In this document: piece after piece, positions 46,513 to 56,228 of the stretch | How the letters are laid out: each line of letters opens with the position of its first letter | Numbering within the stretch: position 1 is the stretch's first letter | The notes under the pieces: model-generated | Databases searched by the model: none | What the model saw: only the letters and a program-made list of their open reading frames with translations | Told to the model about the DNA's origin: nothing | Source of the DNA: Kiritimatiellia bacterium | GTDB taxonomy: Bacteria; Verrucomicrobiota; Kiritimatiellia; UBA8416; JABMPJ01 | Reading direction: 5' to 3' | NCBI GenBank assembly: GCA_030745755.1 | Contig: JASLOA010000034.1 | Location: 10,071 to 74,070 of the forward strand | DNA: 64,000 nucleotides | Program-made: the position numbers and the translations under genes

Positions 46513-47553
46513 ATGGAACTGCTGTTGGTCGTGGTTCGGATAGTCGTCGGCGTTTACGTCGGGCTGATGCTGTTGGTCTATCTTCGGCAGGCCAGTTACA
46601 TCTACTATCCCGAGAAGACCGTTGATCTCAATCCCTCCGACATCAACCTTGCCTTCCGTGATGTGTCCCTCACGACCGCTGACGGCGAGACAGTGACCGG
46701 ATGGTATGTGCCGGCCCCGAGTGAGGCGGATGCACCTGTGCTCCTCTTCTTTCATGGCAATGCCGGCAATATCGCCGGACGACTGGGCTCGATTCAGACG
46801 TTTCACGATCTTGGCCTCAACGTGCTGATCATCGACTACCACGGCTATGGCCAGAGCACCGGTAAGCCGAGCGAGAAGGGCACGATCCTCGATTCAGTCG
46901 CCGCGTGGGAGTATCTCACGGGGGATATGGGCATTACACCCGATCGCATCATAATCTTCGGGCGCTCGCTTGGAGGCGCCGTGGCCGTGGGCCTGGCAGC
47001 GCGACACACGCCGGGCATGCTTGTGGTGGAGTCGAGTTTTACATCCACGATGGATATGGGACAGCGCATGTTTCCTTACCTGCCGGTCCGCCTCCTTTCC
47101 CGGCATCCCTACGACAACGAAACAGCCATCCCGTCTGTGCCGTGTCCCGTACTGATTGCGCATGGCCCCGATGACGCTACCATCCCCTTCGCCTACGGCA
47201 AGCGCCTCTTCGAAGCCGCCAATGAACCGAAGCAGTTTGTCGAGCTGGCCGGCGGTCACAACGAGAGTGGGATGGACTACGATCGTGCTTATCGTGCTGT
47301 GTTCAAAGAATGGGTCGACAGATACGTTGCGGGTGGCCGTGGTCTGCGCCTCTGTTGTGGCCCGCAGCCGCCATGGCGATTGTCGTGTGGGGTTACTTGG
47401 GCGGCGGGCCGGCGATCTATGCGAAGCAGGGCGGCCGCTTGCCCTTACGCACCCGGCTGCTTCTCGCGCCCACGCGCTTTGCGCAACATCTCTCCTGGTT
47501 GCATTATCGACGGCATTGCCGTCCGTGGGACCACGTTGTGGATGGGGTATTGA
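46513..47553 (+). CDS. ABHD13/BEM46-like alpha/beta hydrolase; true 3' end uncertain because the last ~70 codons of the ORF look non-protein-like
   Basis: N-terminal TM; FFHGNAGNIAGRL; nucleophile elbow GRSLGG; SD aggagg 9 nt before the ATG at 46513. Confidence 0.6.
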   Translation: MELLLVVVRIVVGVYVGLMLLVYLRQASYIYYPEKTVDLNPSDINLAFRDVSLTTADGETVTGWYVPAPSEADAPVLLFFHGNAGNIAGRLGSIQTFHDLGLNVLIIDYHGYGQSTGKPSEKGTILDSVAAWEYLTGDMGITPDRIIIFGRSLGGAVAVGLAARHTPGMLVVESSFTSTMDMGQRMFPYLPVRLLSRHPYDNETAIPSVPCPVLIAHGPDDATIPFAYGKRLFEAANEPKQFVELAGGHNESGMDYDRAYRAVFKEWVDRYVAGGRGLRLCCGPQPPWRLSCGVTWAAGRRSMRSRAAACPYAPGCFSRPRALRNISPGCIIDGIAVRGTTLWMGY

Positions 47554-47984
47554 TCGGGCGATTGCTTTCGGAGAGCGAATCCGAGGAGCTAATTCGAGAA
47601 GGAGTGGGGGCTGTTCTCGATCTGACCTGCGAGTTCTCCGAATCTGCCGCCCTCCGTGAGTTGCAATACCGGAACTGCCCCATCCTGGACCTGACGGCGC
47701 CGACCCCATCGCAGCTCCGTGAGGCCGTTGATTTCATGCACGGCAGAATAGCGGAAGGCGACACTGTCTATGTCCATTGCAAGGTAGGATACTCTCGGAC
47801 GGCAACAGTGGTGGGTGCCTATCTCATGGCCGCCGGCCTGTGCGAGACGGTTGAGGATGCCTTGGGCGTTCTCCGTAGCGCACGTCCGTCCATTGTTGTG
47901 AGGCCGGAGGCCCTGAGAGCTTTGAGGCAGTTCCACGCGGAAACTCTGGAGCGCTCGCTTGCGATCCAGCGTAAGAAGAAGTAG
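47310..47984 (+). CDS. Dual-specificity/PTP-like phosphatase (CX5R: VHCKVGYSRT) with a hydrophobic N-terminus
   Basis: HCxxGxxR(S/T) P-loop; its ORF overlaps the hydrolase ORF in another frame. Confidence 0.65.
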   Translation: MGRQIRCGWPWSAPLLWPAAAMAIVVWGYLGGGPAIYAKQGGRLPLRTRLLLAPTRFAQHLSWLHYRRHCRPWDHVVDGVLIGRLLSESESEELIREGVGAVLDLTCEFSESAALRELQYRNCPILDLTAPTPSQLREAVDFMHGRIAEGDTVYVHCKVGYSRTATVVGAYLMAAGLCETVEDALGVLRSARPSIVVRPEALRALRQFHAETLERSLAIQRKKK

Positions 47985-48040
47985 CTTCTTCTGTGCGTCC
48001 ATGATGAGGCGGTTTCTGAAGTTAGCGAGAGGTACCAGGC

Positions 48041-49291
48041 ATGTGGTCTGAATTTGGCAAGCGAATGGCATCCCACTCGGGGATTGGGGAGTTGATGGAT
48101 GACCTGGGCCGTGCGATGGCCGGGCAGGCTGACATGCTGATGCTGGGCGGGGGCAACCCAGCCGGCATTCCTGCGGTGCAGGAGGTCTGGCGGCAGGATA
48201 TGGCTGCGCTGCTGGAGGATGCCGATCGGTTCGACCGCATCATGTGTCACTATGATACGCCACAAGGGAATACGCGCTTCCTCGCCGCGGTGGCCAAGCT
48301 CTTTCGCGATCAGTACGGTTGGGAGATTGGGCCGGAGAATGTGGCTGTCACCAACAGCAGTCAGAACGCCTATTTCATGCTCCTCAACATGCTGGCCGGC
48401 CAGTGTGAAGATGGATCACAGAAGAAGATCCTCCTCCCGGTGGCGCCCGAGTATATCGGCTATGCCGACCAGGGGCTGAGCGACGACATGTTCGTGGCCT
48501 GCAAACCCGTGATCACCGAGATCGGAGATCACGAGTTCAAGTACCACGTCGATTTCGACAACCTGGTCATCGGGGACGACATCGGCGCGGTTTGCGTATC
48601 CCGCCCCACGAACCCGACCGGCAACGTGCTCACGGATGAAGAAGTCCAGCGCCTGGCCGCCATGACGAAGGAGCGAGGTATTCCGCTGCTGATCGACAGT
48701 GCTTACGGCGCCCCGTTCCCAAATATCATTTTCGGTGACGTCACGCCCTTCTGGGATGAGCATGTCATCCTCACGCTGAGCCTGTCAAAACTCGGACTGC
48801 CCGGGACCCGAACCGGCGTCGTGATCGCGTCGGAAGAGGTGATCAAGGCGGTCGCATCCGCCAATGCCATCATCAGTCTGGCCAGCGGCAATATCGGACA
48901 GGCCCTCGTGGTCTCGCACATGGAGAGTGGGCGTATCCTTAAGCTCAGCCGCGAGATCGTACGTCCATTCTACGAGAAACGGTTACACCAGGCGCTCGGC
49001 TGGGTAGACGAGTCGTTCGACAAGAGCCTGCCCTGGCGCCTGCACACCTGCGAAGGTGCGCTGTTTCTCTGGCTGTGGTGTCGCGACATGCCGATCGACT
49101 CATGCGAGTTCTATGAGCGCCTGAAGAAGCGCGGCGTCCTAGTCGTGCCGGGCCATTACTTCTTTTACGGCCTCGGCGACGACTGGCCCCACCGACACGA
49201 GTGTATCCGCATCAACTACTCGCAGCCCGAAGCCACCGTCCGCGAAGGCCTCCGCATTATCGCGGAGGAGATGCGCACCGTATACGGATAA
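48041..49291 (+). CDS. PLP-dependent class I/II aminotransferase, valine-pyruvate transaminase (AvtA)-like
   Basis: 416 aa; ...SLSKLGLPGTRTG... PLP-lysine context. Confidence 0.7.
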   Translation: MWSEFGKRMASHSGIGELMDDLGRAMAGQADMLMLGGGNPAGIPAVQEVWRQDMAALLEDADRFDRIMCHYDTPQGNTRFLAAVAKLFRDQYGWEIGPENVAVTNSSQNAYFMLLNMLAGQCEDGSQKKILLPVAPEYIGYADQGLSDDMFVACKPVITEIGDHEFKYHVDFDNLVIGDDIGAVCVSRPTNPTGNVLTDEEVQRLAAMTKERGIPLLIDSAYGAPFPNIIFGDVTPFWDEHVILTLSLSKLGLPGTRTGVVIASEEVIKAVASANAIISLASGNIGQALVVSHMESGRILKLSREIVRPFYEKRLHQALGWVDESFDKSLPWRLHTCEGALFLWLWCRDMPIDSCEFYERLKKRGVLVVPGHYFFYGLGDDWPHRHECIRINYSQPEATVREGLRIIAEEMRTVYG

Positions 49292-49320
49292 GCGGCTTGC
49301 ATTGATTGGCCGCTTCGGTT
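49292..49320 (+). terminator. Hairpin terminator after the aminotransferase gene
   Basis: gcggcttgcattgattggccgc followed by ttcggtt. Confidence 0.5.
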
Positions 49321-49434
49321 ATCACCTCCCGCGCCGCGGAGATTCTTTGCCGTGGCGCGAGCCGCGATCAGCGGCGCTTTCTTTTCCACGCGTCCGGCGG
49401 GTAGAGATCAACACAATGCCGGACCAGGAATACC

Positions 49435-50757
49435 ATGCAGAAGAAACAGACTCAGGAATCGTGCCCTCGTACGAGCGACAAACGATCAGACTCACAGCTT
49501 CAGCTTGAGGGCGTCTTCGTAGACCTTGATCCCCGGATTCAACGCGCCGTGGCGGCAGAAGGGTATGTCTCCCCGACGCCCATCCAGGAGCAGTGCATTC
49601 CGCATCTACTGGAAGGGCGGGACCTTCTCGGAAGCGCCCAGACGGGCACAGGGAAAACAGCCGCATTCTCGCTGCCGCTTCTCGAGCGCCTGGCCACGCG
49701 TTCGCGTCGGCCTGCGAAGGGAACGCCTCGCGCATTGATCATGGCTCCAACACGCGAGCTGGCAGCGCAGATCGGTGAGAGTATCCGCACCTACGGCCGG
49801 TTCCTGTCTATCAGTCACACGGTGGTCTTTGGCGGTGTGAATCAGTTCTCACAGGTTAAAGCGCTCAATCGTGGTGTGGATGTTCTTGTGGCAACGCCGG
49901 GCCGACTGCTCGACCTGATGGGACAGGGCCACATCCATCTTGAACAGGTCGAGGTCTTCATATTGGATGAGGTCGACCGTATGCTCGATATGGGGTTCCT
50001 GCCCGATATCAAGCGCGTGCTGCAGAAGGTCCCGACAGATCGCCAGACGCTTTTCTTCTCGGCCACCCTGCCGCCCAAGATGGTGACCCTGGCTCATAGC
50101 ATGGTGCGTGATCCGGTACGGGTCACAATCACTCCAGACAAACCGGCCGTGGAGAGCATTGATCAGAAGGTCCTTTTTGTCGGCAAGAAAAACAAGGACG
50201 CCTTACTGGTGTCGCTGCTGAAGGAACAAGGCGTCGGCAAGGTGCTTGTTTTCACACAGATGAAGCACGCCGCCAACAAGGTAACGGAGAAACTCGCTGC
50301 CGCGGGCATTCGCGGTGCGGCCATCCATGGCAACAAGAGTCAGAGTGCCCGGACGCGTGCGTTGGACGGTTTCAGAAGCGGTCGAATTCGTGTATTGGTA
50401 GCGACGGATGTCGCCGCACGTGGCCTGGACGTGGACGATATCACGCATGTGATCAACTATGATCTGCCGATGGAAGCGGAGACCTATGTACACCGCATCG
50501 GACGCACGGCACGTGCGGGGGCCGATGGTGATGCGATCTCGTTCTGTTGCGCCGAGGACCGGTCCTTCCTGCGCGACATTGAGAAACTCCTCGGTCAGCC
50601 GGTGCCGGCCCAGATGGAGCACGCCTATCACTGCAACGACTCCTTCCACTCCACGCTACCCGCGCCCAAGAACTTCGGCCGCGGCCGCAGCGGCCGCCCA
50701 AGAAATCGCAGCAACGCAGCGCGCCCCAGTCATCGACGTCCACGAAGGCGCCGCTAG
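49435..50757 (+). CDS. DEAD-box RNA helicase (RhlE-like) with an R-rich C-terminal tail
   Basis: AQTGTGKTAAF, DEVD, SAT, HRIGRTARAG motifs; true start may be internal to this ORF. Confidence 0.85.
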   Translation: MQKKQTQESCPRTSDKRSDSQLQLEGVFVDLDPRIQRAVAAEGYVSPTPIQEQCIPHLLEGRDLLGSAQTGTGKTAAFSLPLLERLATRSRRPAKGTPRALIMAPTRELAAQIGESIRTYGRFLSISHTVVFGGVNQFSQVKALNRGVDVLVATPGRLLDLMGQGHIHLEQVEVFILDEVDRMLDMGFLPDIKRVLQKVPTDRQTLFFSATLPPKMVTLAHSMVRDPVRVTITPDKPAVESIDQKVLFVGKKNKDALLVSLLKEQGVGKVLVFTQMKHAANKVTEKLAAAGIRGAAIHGNKSQSARTRALDGFRSGRIRVLVATDVAARGLDVDDITHVINYDLPMEAETYVHRIGRTARAGADGDAISFCCAEDRSFLRDIEKLLGQPVPAQMEHAYHCNDSFHSTLPAPKNFGRGRSGRPRNRSNAARPSHRRPRRRR

Positions 50758-50800
50758 TGCCGAATGCCGCTCAGATAAGCTTTATCTCGGGCAGACGGTG

Positions 50801-50907
50801 ATTCCCAGGGGTTTCGCCCCTGGCTATGATGTTAGACCCCTTTGGGGTCCTTTCGGAACACCCCAAAGGGGTGTCCCATCATAGCCCAGCGAGAATCGCT
50901 GGGACCA
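50801..50907 (+). repeat. Family-2 multi-hairpin element, copy C (diverged, with compensatory changes)
   Basis: cccaggggtttcgcccctgg / ctatgatg ... gacccctttggggtc ... caccccaaaggggtg ... catcatag / cccagcgagaatcgctggg. Confidence 0.7.
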
Positions 50908-50984
50908 GATCGTATTCATCCCAACCCCGTCTTACCGAGTGCCCTCTCTCTCCTCGCGCCTATGCTCTACACCGGTTTCGCCGG

Positions 50985-51221
50985 TCAGTAGTTGAACAGG
51001 TCGGCCAGGCTGTACGTCTGACCTGTGGCGGCGTTCAGGGCGTTCACGAGTTTGAACTGCACGTTGCGGGTCAGGCGGCGGCCTTTGCAGCCACGCGCCA
51101 CCATCTTGTGTGTGATCTGCTCAGTCGATGCCTCCACAAGATCGTGAGCCTTCAGTTCCTTCTCAAGCATGATCGTCGCGATCGGCTGCTCTCCCAGGTT
51201 GCGTTCGATATCTCTGTGCAT
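50985..51221 (-). CDS. Hypothetical 78-aa protein, intact copy of a paralogue pair that flanks the low-GC island
   Basis: MHRDIERNLGEQPIATIMLEKELKAHDLVE...LTRNVQFKLVNALNAATGQTYSLADLFNY; second diverged copy at 56229-56432. Confidence 0.5.
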   Translation of the reverse strand: MHRDIERNLGEQPIATIMLEKELKAHDLVEASTEQITHKMVARGCKGRRLTRNVQFKLVNALNAATGQTYSLADLFNY

Positions 51222-51419
51222 AGTCTCCTGTCAACATCATGAAGTGGATTGTTTTGAGCCGGAATGGTAGCAAATGCAGCCACCGCTGTCACGAGCCGTG
51301 ACGTGAAGAGTAAACAGGACTATCCCCACTTTTCAAGCCTTGGGAAGCGGATAGCCCTGTAAAGACTGGGATTTCGTGAGTGAGTAAGTGAAACAGGGCT
51401 TTGCCGTCAAGCCAGGCCT

Positions 51420-51500
51420 GAGATGCCTCGGCTTCGCTCGGCATGACCAGAAACCTTAGGAAACTGTCATCCCGAGCGGAGTCGAGGGATCTCCTATGCG
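51420..51500. repeat. Family-1 palindromic element
   Basis: agatgcctcggcttcgctcggcatgac...tgtcatcccgagcggagtcgagggatctc. Confidence 0.8.
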
Positions 51501-51855
51501 TCTCTGGCGTGAAAATTGGGGAATGTCCAGGAAGAGTAAAACAAGGAAGAGTAAAACATTGACTCAGAGCCCGTCTTTTGAGATCATTTCAATTAATCCA
51601 TTGGTTTACAGCCGGGTAAGCTGGCGTTCTTTCACATCATGGTGAGTGTTCCTTTCCGAAAAGGAAGGTGACAGCCGTCTTGCATTGGCTGCTACGCGGA
51701 CAACAGCTCCGCGCCAATGGCTTTGACATCCAGAAGGCACTGCTTCGGGCTTCCCGCGCCACGCGCGGCCAGTCGCTCTGAGGCAACCTCGATTATGAAC
51801 ATCGGGTAAATTGCCCTGAAATCGTTCCATAGCTTGGAACGATCGTGGAAAGGAA

Positions 51856-54800
51856 ATGACCATGAGAAGAACACGTGTAATCATCACTGTACTCGTTACG
51901 TTGCTCATCGCTGCAGGAACACCGGCTATGGCTGGGTTCTGTGTACACGATGGTGCAACCGTATCCCCTGACCCAAGCGGAACGGTGTATCCATGGACGC
52001 GTCTCGCAGTCTATTTCAACATGGGGTATGCGGATGATTACTCCCACATTGCCGAGGCGTACCTTCGATACACGTTTGATGACTCGACTTGGAATAACAC
52101 GAGTGGAGTCCTTGCAGATGCTGGCGAGAACGATGGTTCTGGAAATTCTAGCTGTGGCGAAGGAGACAACTGGAGGGTTAAGGGCCACATACCAGCGCCT
52201 GGGCGGAACTCTAGCAGCAGCAACTTCAAGTTTACGTACTATGGCCGAAACAGTTGGGATCCTGGGGATTGGAGATTTGAAGCGTGGGCAATCTCTGGCT
52301 ACGATGCCAACACAGGAAATGTGCAGTGGGATTCAGATGGAGCTTTTCACGACCCAAGCACACAGGTAGACGGTAAGAGCTACTATTACGTGACGCGCCA
52401 GGGGGAGGACGCTACGACGACGAGTTTCTATGATGACGAGGTAGCCGTTCTTCGCGCACGTGCCTTCAAGGAAGATGTCAGCGTCCTGACCCTGCGACAC
52501 ACCGGAAATTGGTCGGGTACGGCCATGACCTATCTCTCTGGTGCGGACCATGATAACGAGACTGACTTTGACGATTCCTACACGGTCGAGTTCTGGGAAG
52601 GAGCTCTGTCCGGTGACGATTGGTCGACCGCCATCGATAGCTACGGCGGTACGTTGTCATACAACATCAAGTACACGGACAACGGGTCGCCGAACGACGA
52701 AGACTATCTCAAGTCCGGAGGTATGGCAGACGGAGCTGGCGACGGCACCGATTTCACGATCACGGTGCAGGACGATGATACGACCGCGCCGCAGTTCGTG
52801 AAGGAGTCGGGCACTGTGGACACGTATGGTCCCATGCGGATACTCTTGGACACCGATGATCTGCGAGAGCGTGGGAACGGCCTGGGAACAAAAGAGTTCG
52901 ATGTCACGGATAATGACCTTGCCAGTTTGAGCAGCGACAACAAGCTTATATTCAAATTCGCCGCCTACGATGCGGAATCCGGTTTGCAGCGAAGCAGAAC
53001 TGGCGGCTCCAGCACGAACATGAGCTACGACATTGGAACGATGGCTGGATTCTTACAGGACCTTAACGGAACCTATGTTGCGAGCAGTTCATCGGCCGGC
53101 ACCAACTCGGCCACGGCGAAGTGGAGCGTGTTCGAACACACAAACGCTTTCCAAAAAGCCGAAATCACGCAGCTCTATACGAATATGCTGCAGGGGTCTC
53201 AGGGGAAGAACAAGATCCGGTGCTCGATCTATGACGCTGATCATGACCGCACCGGGGATGCGAGATATGACGAAGACGACCAAATGGGCTACCTCAATGT
53301 GCTCGATCAGGACAGCGCCGCCCCGACAATCGTGAAGATAGGATCACCCGAAGAGTCTGCTAAACGATACCTGCATGCCTCACTCGGGGGGACAGTGCTC
53401 TCCAGCTCCGGCCCAGCCAACACCAACAAGATCTACACGATCACGGATAGCGAACTCGCGGGCGTGAATGGCAGTGGCAATGAGTTGAAGCTGTATTTTG
53501 GCGCCATCGATGCGGGTTCCGGCCTCGCGCGTAGCGCCGGTGGGTCGGCCGACACCGATATGAACATCGATATCGGACCGGTCATTACGGACAACTACGC
53601 GCAGTATGACAGCGGCCTGAGCACCGATTTCGAGGGGACGAAGTCTGGCAAGGCGACTAATGCCTGGAAGTTCATCGATTTCACCGACTCCCAGATCGAG
53701 AACCTGTTGACCAATGCGGTTGGCGGTGTAGGCACCAATCTGGTAGCCGCCTCGTTGATCGATACGGATGACGATCGCGACGACGACCGCTCGATTCTGA
53801 CGAATCAGCAGTACGGATTCCTCGTGGTGAGCGACGACGATCCCGACGCGCCCACGCTTGAGGGGATGCGCGTAGACTACAACGGGAGTGAGCTTTCGAA
53901 TTCCGGAAGTGGCACGAATGTGATCTACACAGTCACCGACGCGCAGCTCTCGGACATTTCTGGCAAGACGCTGGCATTCAAGTTCGCGGTATGGGACGCC
54001 AGTGGGCTCTCCCGCAACAACGTCGATAACTTCCTGGAAGACATGAACTACGATATCGGCACCGATTACACGGGGGACCTGTCTGAGCTGGACAATATAA
54101 ATGTGACCTACTCGGCGGGTGACTCCGCCGCCGGTACCAACTCGGGAACGGCCGAGTACAGCGTGTTCATCCATAACGGCAACTTCGAGCGGCCGGAGAT
54201 CGCACACCTCGTTGCCGAGGACGACCAGGGAACAACCGGCAAGAACGCGATCCTGATCTCTGCTCCGGATAATGATCGCGACTACGGAACTGCTGATCAG
54301 GCTTGGCGTGCGAACGAGCGGATCGGTTTCCTGCAGGTCAACGACGATGATCCGGACGCGCCGGTGTTAGCTAACCCGACCTGGATAAATGATAAGCTGC
54401 GCATGGACATCACGGATGCCGGTAGCGGCCTTGGTTCCCCTATCTATATGGAATATGACGACAATGCGTTCATCTACGGTGCGCACAACACGGTGGGTAT
54501 GACAAATATCGGGGGCGATACCTACGAGATGTTGATCGCCGTCGATACGAACTACGTGCCAGGCAAGACGATCTACTACCGCGTTTTTGCCCCCGACGCT
54601 GACGACGAGTATGATGGCGATGCGGCACAGGGCGTCTACAGCAACACCACGCTATTCGGACTCGATGCCCCCGTTGCCAGCGCGGCTACGTCCACGAATG
54701 ACACCAGCTTCACCGCATCCTGGGCAGCCGTGACCGGGGCGGACGATGGGTATCGGCTGGATGTGAGTGTTTCGGCCGTATTTGAAGGTCCGATCGATAC

Positions 54801-55635
54801 GGACTTCGAAGATGAAGATCTGAGCGGGTGGACGCAAAGCACAGCGGATCGCTTCGCAGCGACCAACGATGGCGCTATCTCTGGTTCCATCTCTCTGCAC
54901 CACGTCTACGACGGATCTGCCGGGAAGGATCAGATCTCGTACTCAACCGATGGCCTCGATGTCACGGCTGCGCCGACAACATGGCAGTTCCAACTCAAGC
55001 ATGGGAACAATCCTTCTGCAAACAACTGCTGGGGTGTTATGCTTCTATCGGATGCTGCCGCGGCTGAAATACACCCGAGTGGTTCCGTGCATGGCTATGC
55101 TGCCGCCGTGAACTGGGGAACCACATCTGATGATCTTCTGAAGATCTACAAAGTCAATGGTGGCTCGGGTACAACGGTTCTGGACACGGGGTTGGACTGG
55201 CAGTCGACGATCACGTCGTCTGGAACGGCTGGCGTAGAAGTCCAGCGCACAGCAGCTGGATCGTGGTCCGTCAAAGTAGACACCGATGGCGGATTCGACA
55301 ACTTGGTCGCTCAGGGCGGATCGGCGGTCAACACCGACTTCACTAATGCCTCCCACTTCGGGGTTTACTACGGGTACACGGCTTCGGGTGATCAGAAACT
55401 GTGGATTGATGACATCAGCATTACGCAGCCGGGACTGTATGTCACGGGTTACTCCAACAAGACGGTTAGCGGCACAAGCGCGGCAGTTTCGGGCTTGTCA
55501 GCTGAGACGACCTACTACTATCGCCTGCGCGCTGCCAGCACGGATGGTGCGTTGAGCGATAACTCGAACACGATCACCGTGAACACCCTGGCTGATCAGG
55601 GGGCGAACGCCGGTTCGATGTTCCTGTTCAGGTAA
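51856..55635 (+). CDS. Large secreted repeat protein (1259 aa): signal peptide, four ~180-aa internal repeats, lectin/jelly-roll-like segment, FN3-like modules; low-GC gene
   Basis: Signal MTMRRTRVIITVLVTLLIAAGTPAMA; recurring DDD(P/T)xAP, F(K)FA(A/V)(Y/W)DA(E/S)SGL, DIGT, AGTNS(A/G)TA(K/E)(W/Y)SVF motifs; FN3-like TSFTASWAAVTGADDGYRL and ETTYYYRLRA. Confidence 0.8.
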   Translation: MTMRRTRVIITVLVTLLIAAGTPAMAGFCVHDGATVSPDPSGTVYPWTRLAVYFNMGYADDYSHIAEAYLRYTFDDSTWNNTSGVLADAGENDGSGNSSCGEGDNWRVKGHIPAPGRNSSSSNFKFTYYGRNSWDPGDWRFEAWAISGYDANTGNVQWDSDGAFHDPSTQVDGKSYYYVTRQGEDATTTSFYDDEVAVLRARAFKEDVSVLTLRHTGNWSGTAMTYLSGADHDNETDFDDSYTVEFWEGALSGDDWSTAIDSYGGTLSYNIKYTDNGSPNDEDYLKSGGMADGAGDGTDFTITVQDDDTTAPQFVKESGTVDTYGPMRILLDTDDLRERGNGLGTKEFDVTDNDLASLSSDNKLIFKFAAYDAESGLQRSRTGGSSTNMSYDIGTMAGFLQDLNGTYVASSSSAGTNSATAKWSVFEHTNAFQKAEITQLYTNMLQGSQGKNKIRCSIYDADHDRTGDARYDEDDQMGYLNVLDQDSAAPTIVKIGSPEESAKRYLHASLGGTVLSSSGPANTNKIYTITDSELAGVNGSGNELKLYFGAIDAGSGLARSAGGSADTDMNIDIGPVITDNYAQYDSGLSTDFEGTKSGKATNAWKFIDFTDSQIENLLTNAVGGVGTNLVAASLIDTDDDRDDDRSILTNQQYGFLVVSDDDPDAPTLEGMRVDYNGSELSNSGSGTNVIYTVTDAQLSDISGKTLAFKFAVWDASGLSRNNVDNFLEDMNYDIGTDYTGDLSELDNINVTYSAGDSAAGTNSGTAEYSVFIHNGNFERPEIAHLVAEDDQGTTGKNAILISAPDNDRDYGTADQAWRANERIGFLQVNDDDPDAPVLANPTWINDKLRMDITDAGSGLGSPIYMEYDDNAFIYGAHNTVGMTNIGGDTYEMLIAVDTNYVPGKTIYYRVFAPDADDEYDGDAAQGVYSNTTLFGLDAPVASAATSTNDTSFTASWAAVTGADDGYRLDVSVSAVFEGPIDTDFEDEDLSGWTQSTADRFAATNDGAISGSISLHHVYDGSAGKDQISYSTDGLDVTAAPTTWQFQLKHGNNPSANNCWGVMLLSDAAAAEIHPSGSVHGYAAAVNWGTTSDDLLKIYKVNGGSGTTVLDTGLDWQSTITSSGTAGVEVQRTAAGSWSVKVDTDGGFDNLVAQGGSAVNTDFTNASHFGVYYGYTASGDQKLWIDDISITQPGLYVTGYSNKTVSGTSAAVSGLSAETTYYYRLRAASTDGALSDNSNTITVNTLADQGANAGSMFLFR

Positions 55636-55649
55636 GAAGCTGTTTCCTG

Positions 55650-55676
55650 TCACGGCGGGGCAATGCCCCGCCGTGA
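55650..55676. terminator. Bidirectional GC hairpin between convergent genes
   Basis: tcacggcggggcaatgccccgccgtga. Confidence 0.6.
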
Positions 55677-55711
55677 ATGGAAAGCCAGATGACGGGTGTC
55701 AACGCTTCCTG

Positions 55712-56188
55712 CTATACTTTCGCCAAGATGACGAGGTAGTTCTTGCCGTACTTCTTGGCGCATTTCGGACAGGTCGTGTAGAAGAAGTAGAGCTTTTCCG
55801 CTTTCTTGCCCTGGCTCGATGCGTAGGTGTTCATCTCCTCGATCCACTGGCGCATGTTCTTGTAGGGACCTTCGAAGACTTTGGTCAGGAATGTCCCGGA
55901 GATGGTTGCCATGTTGGCGCCTGGCACATCGTCGCTCGCGGCGATGTAGACGTCGGCTCCCCATAGCGAGTTTTCGTCTGACAGAACCAGTGGTGGCTCT
56001 TCGAACGCTTCGACGGCTTTGATGGGCTCGACATTGCGTGTCATCACGGCGCCGAAGTTCAATGGGATGTGCAAGAAGCTCTTCACGCGATCCTTGACGA
56101 AGAGCTTCTCATCCCAATGCAGTTCCTTGCCTTCCCACGGCTCCGGCTCGAAGCGGGGACAGCATTCATCTGTGTCACATGTGCCCAT
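55712..56188 (-). CDS. Hypothetical protein with split four-Cys motif (N-terminal C-x4-CC, C-terminal CPKC)
   Basis: 158-aa ORF; MGTCDTDECCPRF ... YTTCPKCAKKYG. Confidence 0.55.
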   Translation of the reverse strand: MGTCDTDECCPRFEPEPWEGKELHWDEKLFVKDRVKSFLHIPLNFGAVMTRNVEPIKAVEAFEEPPLVLSDENSLWGADVYIAASDDVPGANMATISGTFLTKVFEGPYKNMRQWIEEMNTYASSQGKKAEKLYFFYTTCPKCAKKYGKNYLVILAKV

Positions 56189-56228
56189 GACTTTACCTCC
56201 CTGGTAGATGACCCGCAGGTCGCTTTCC

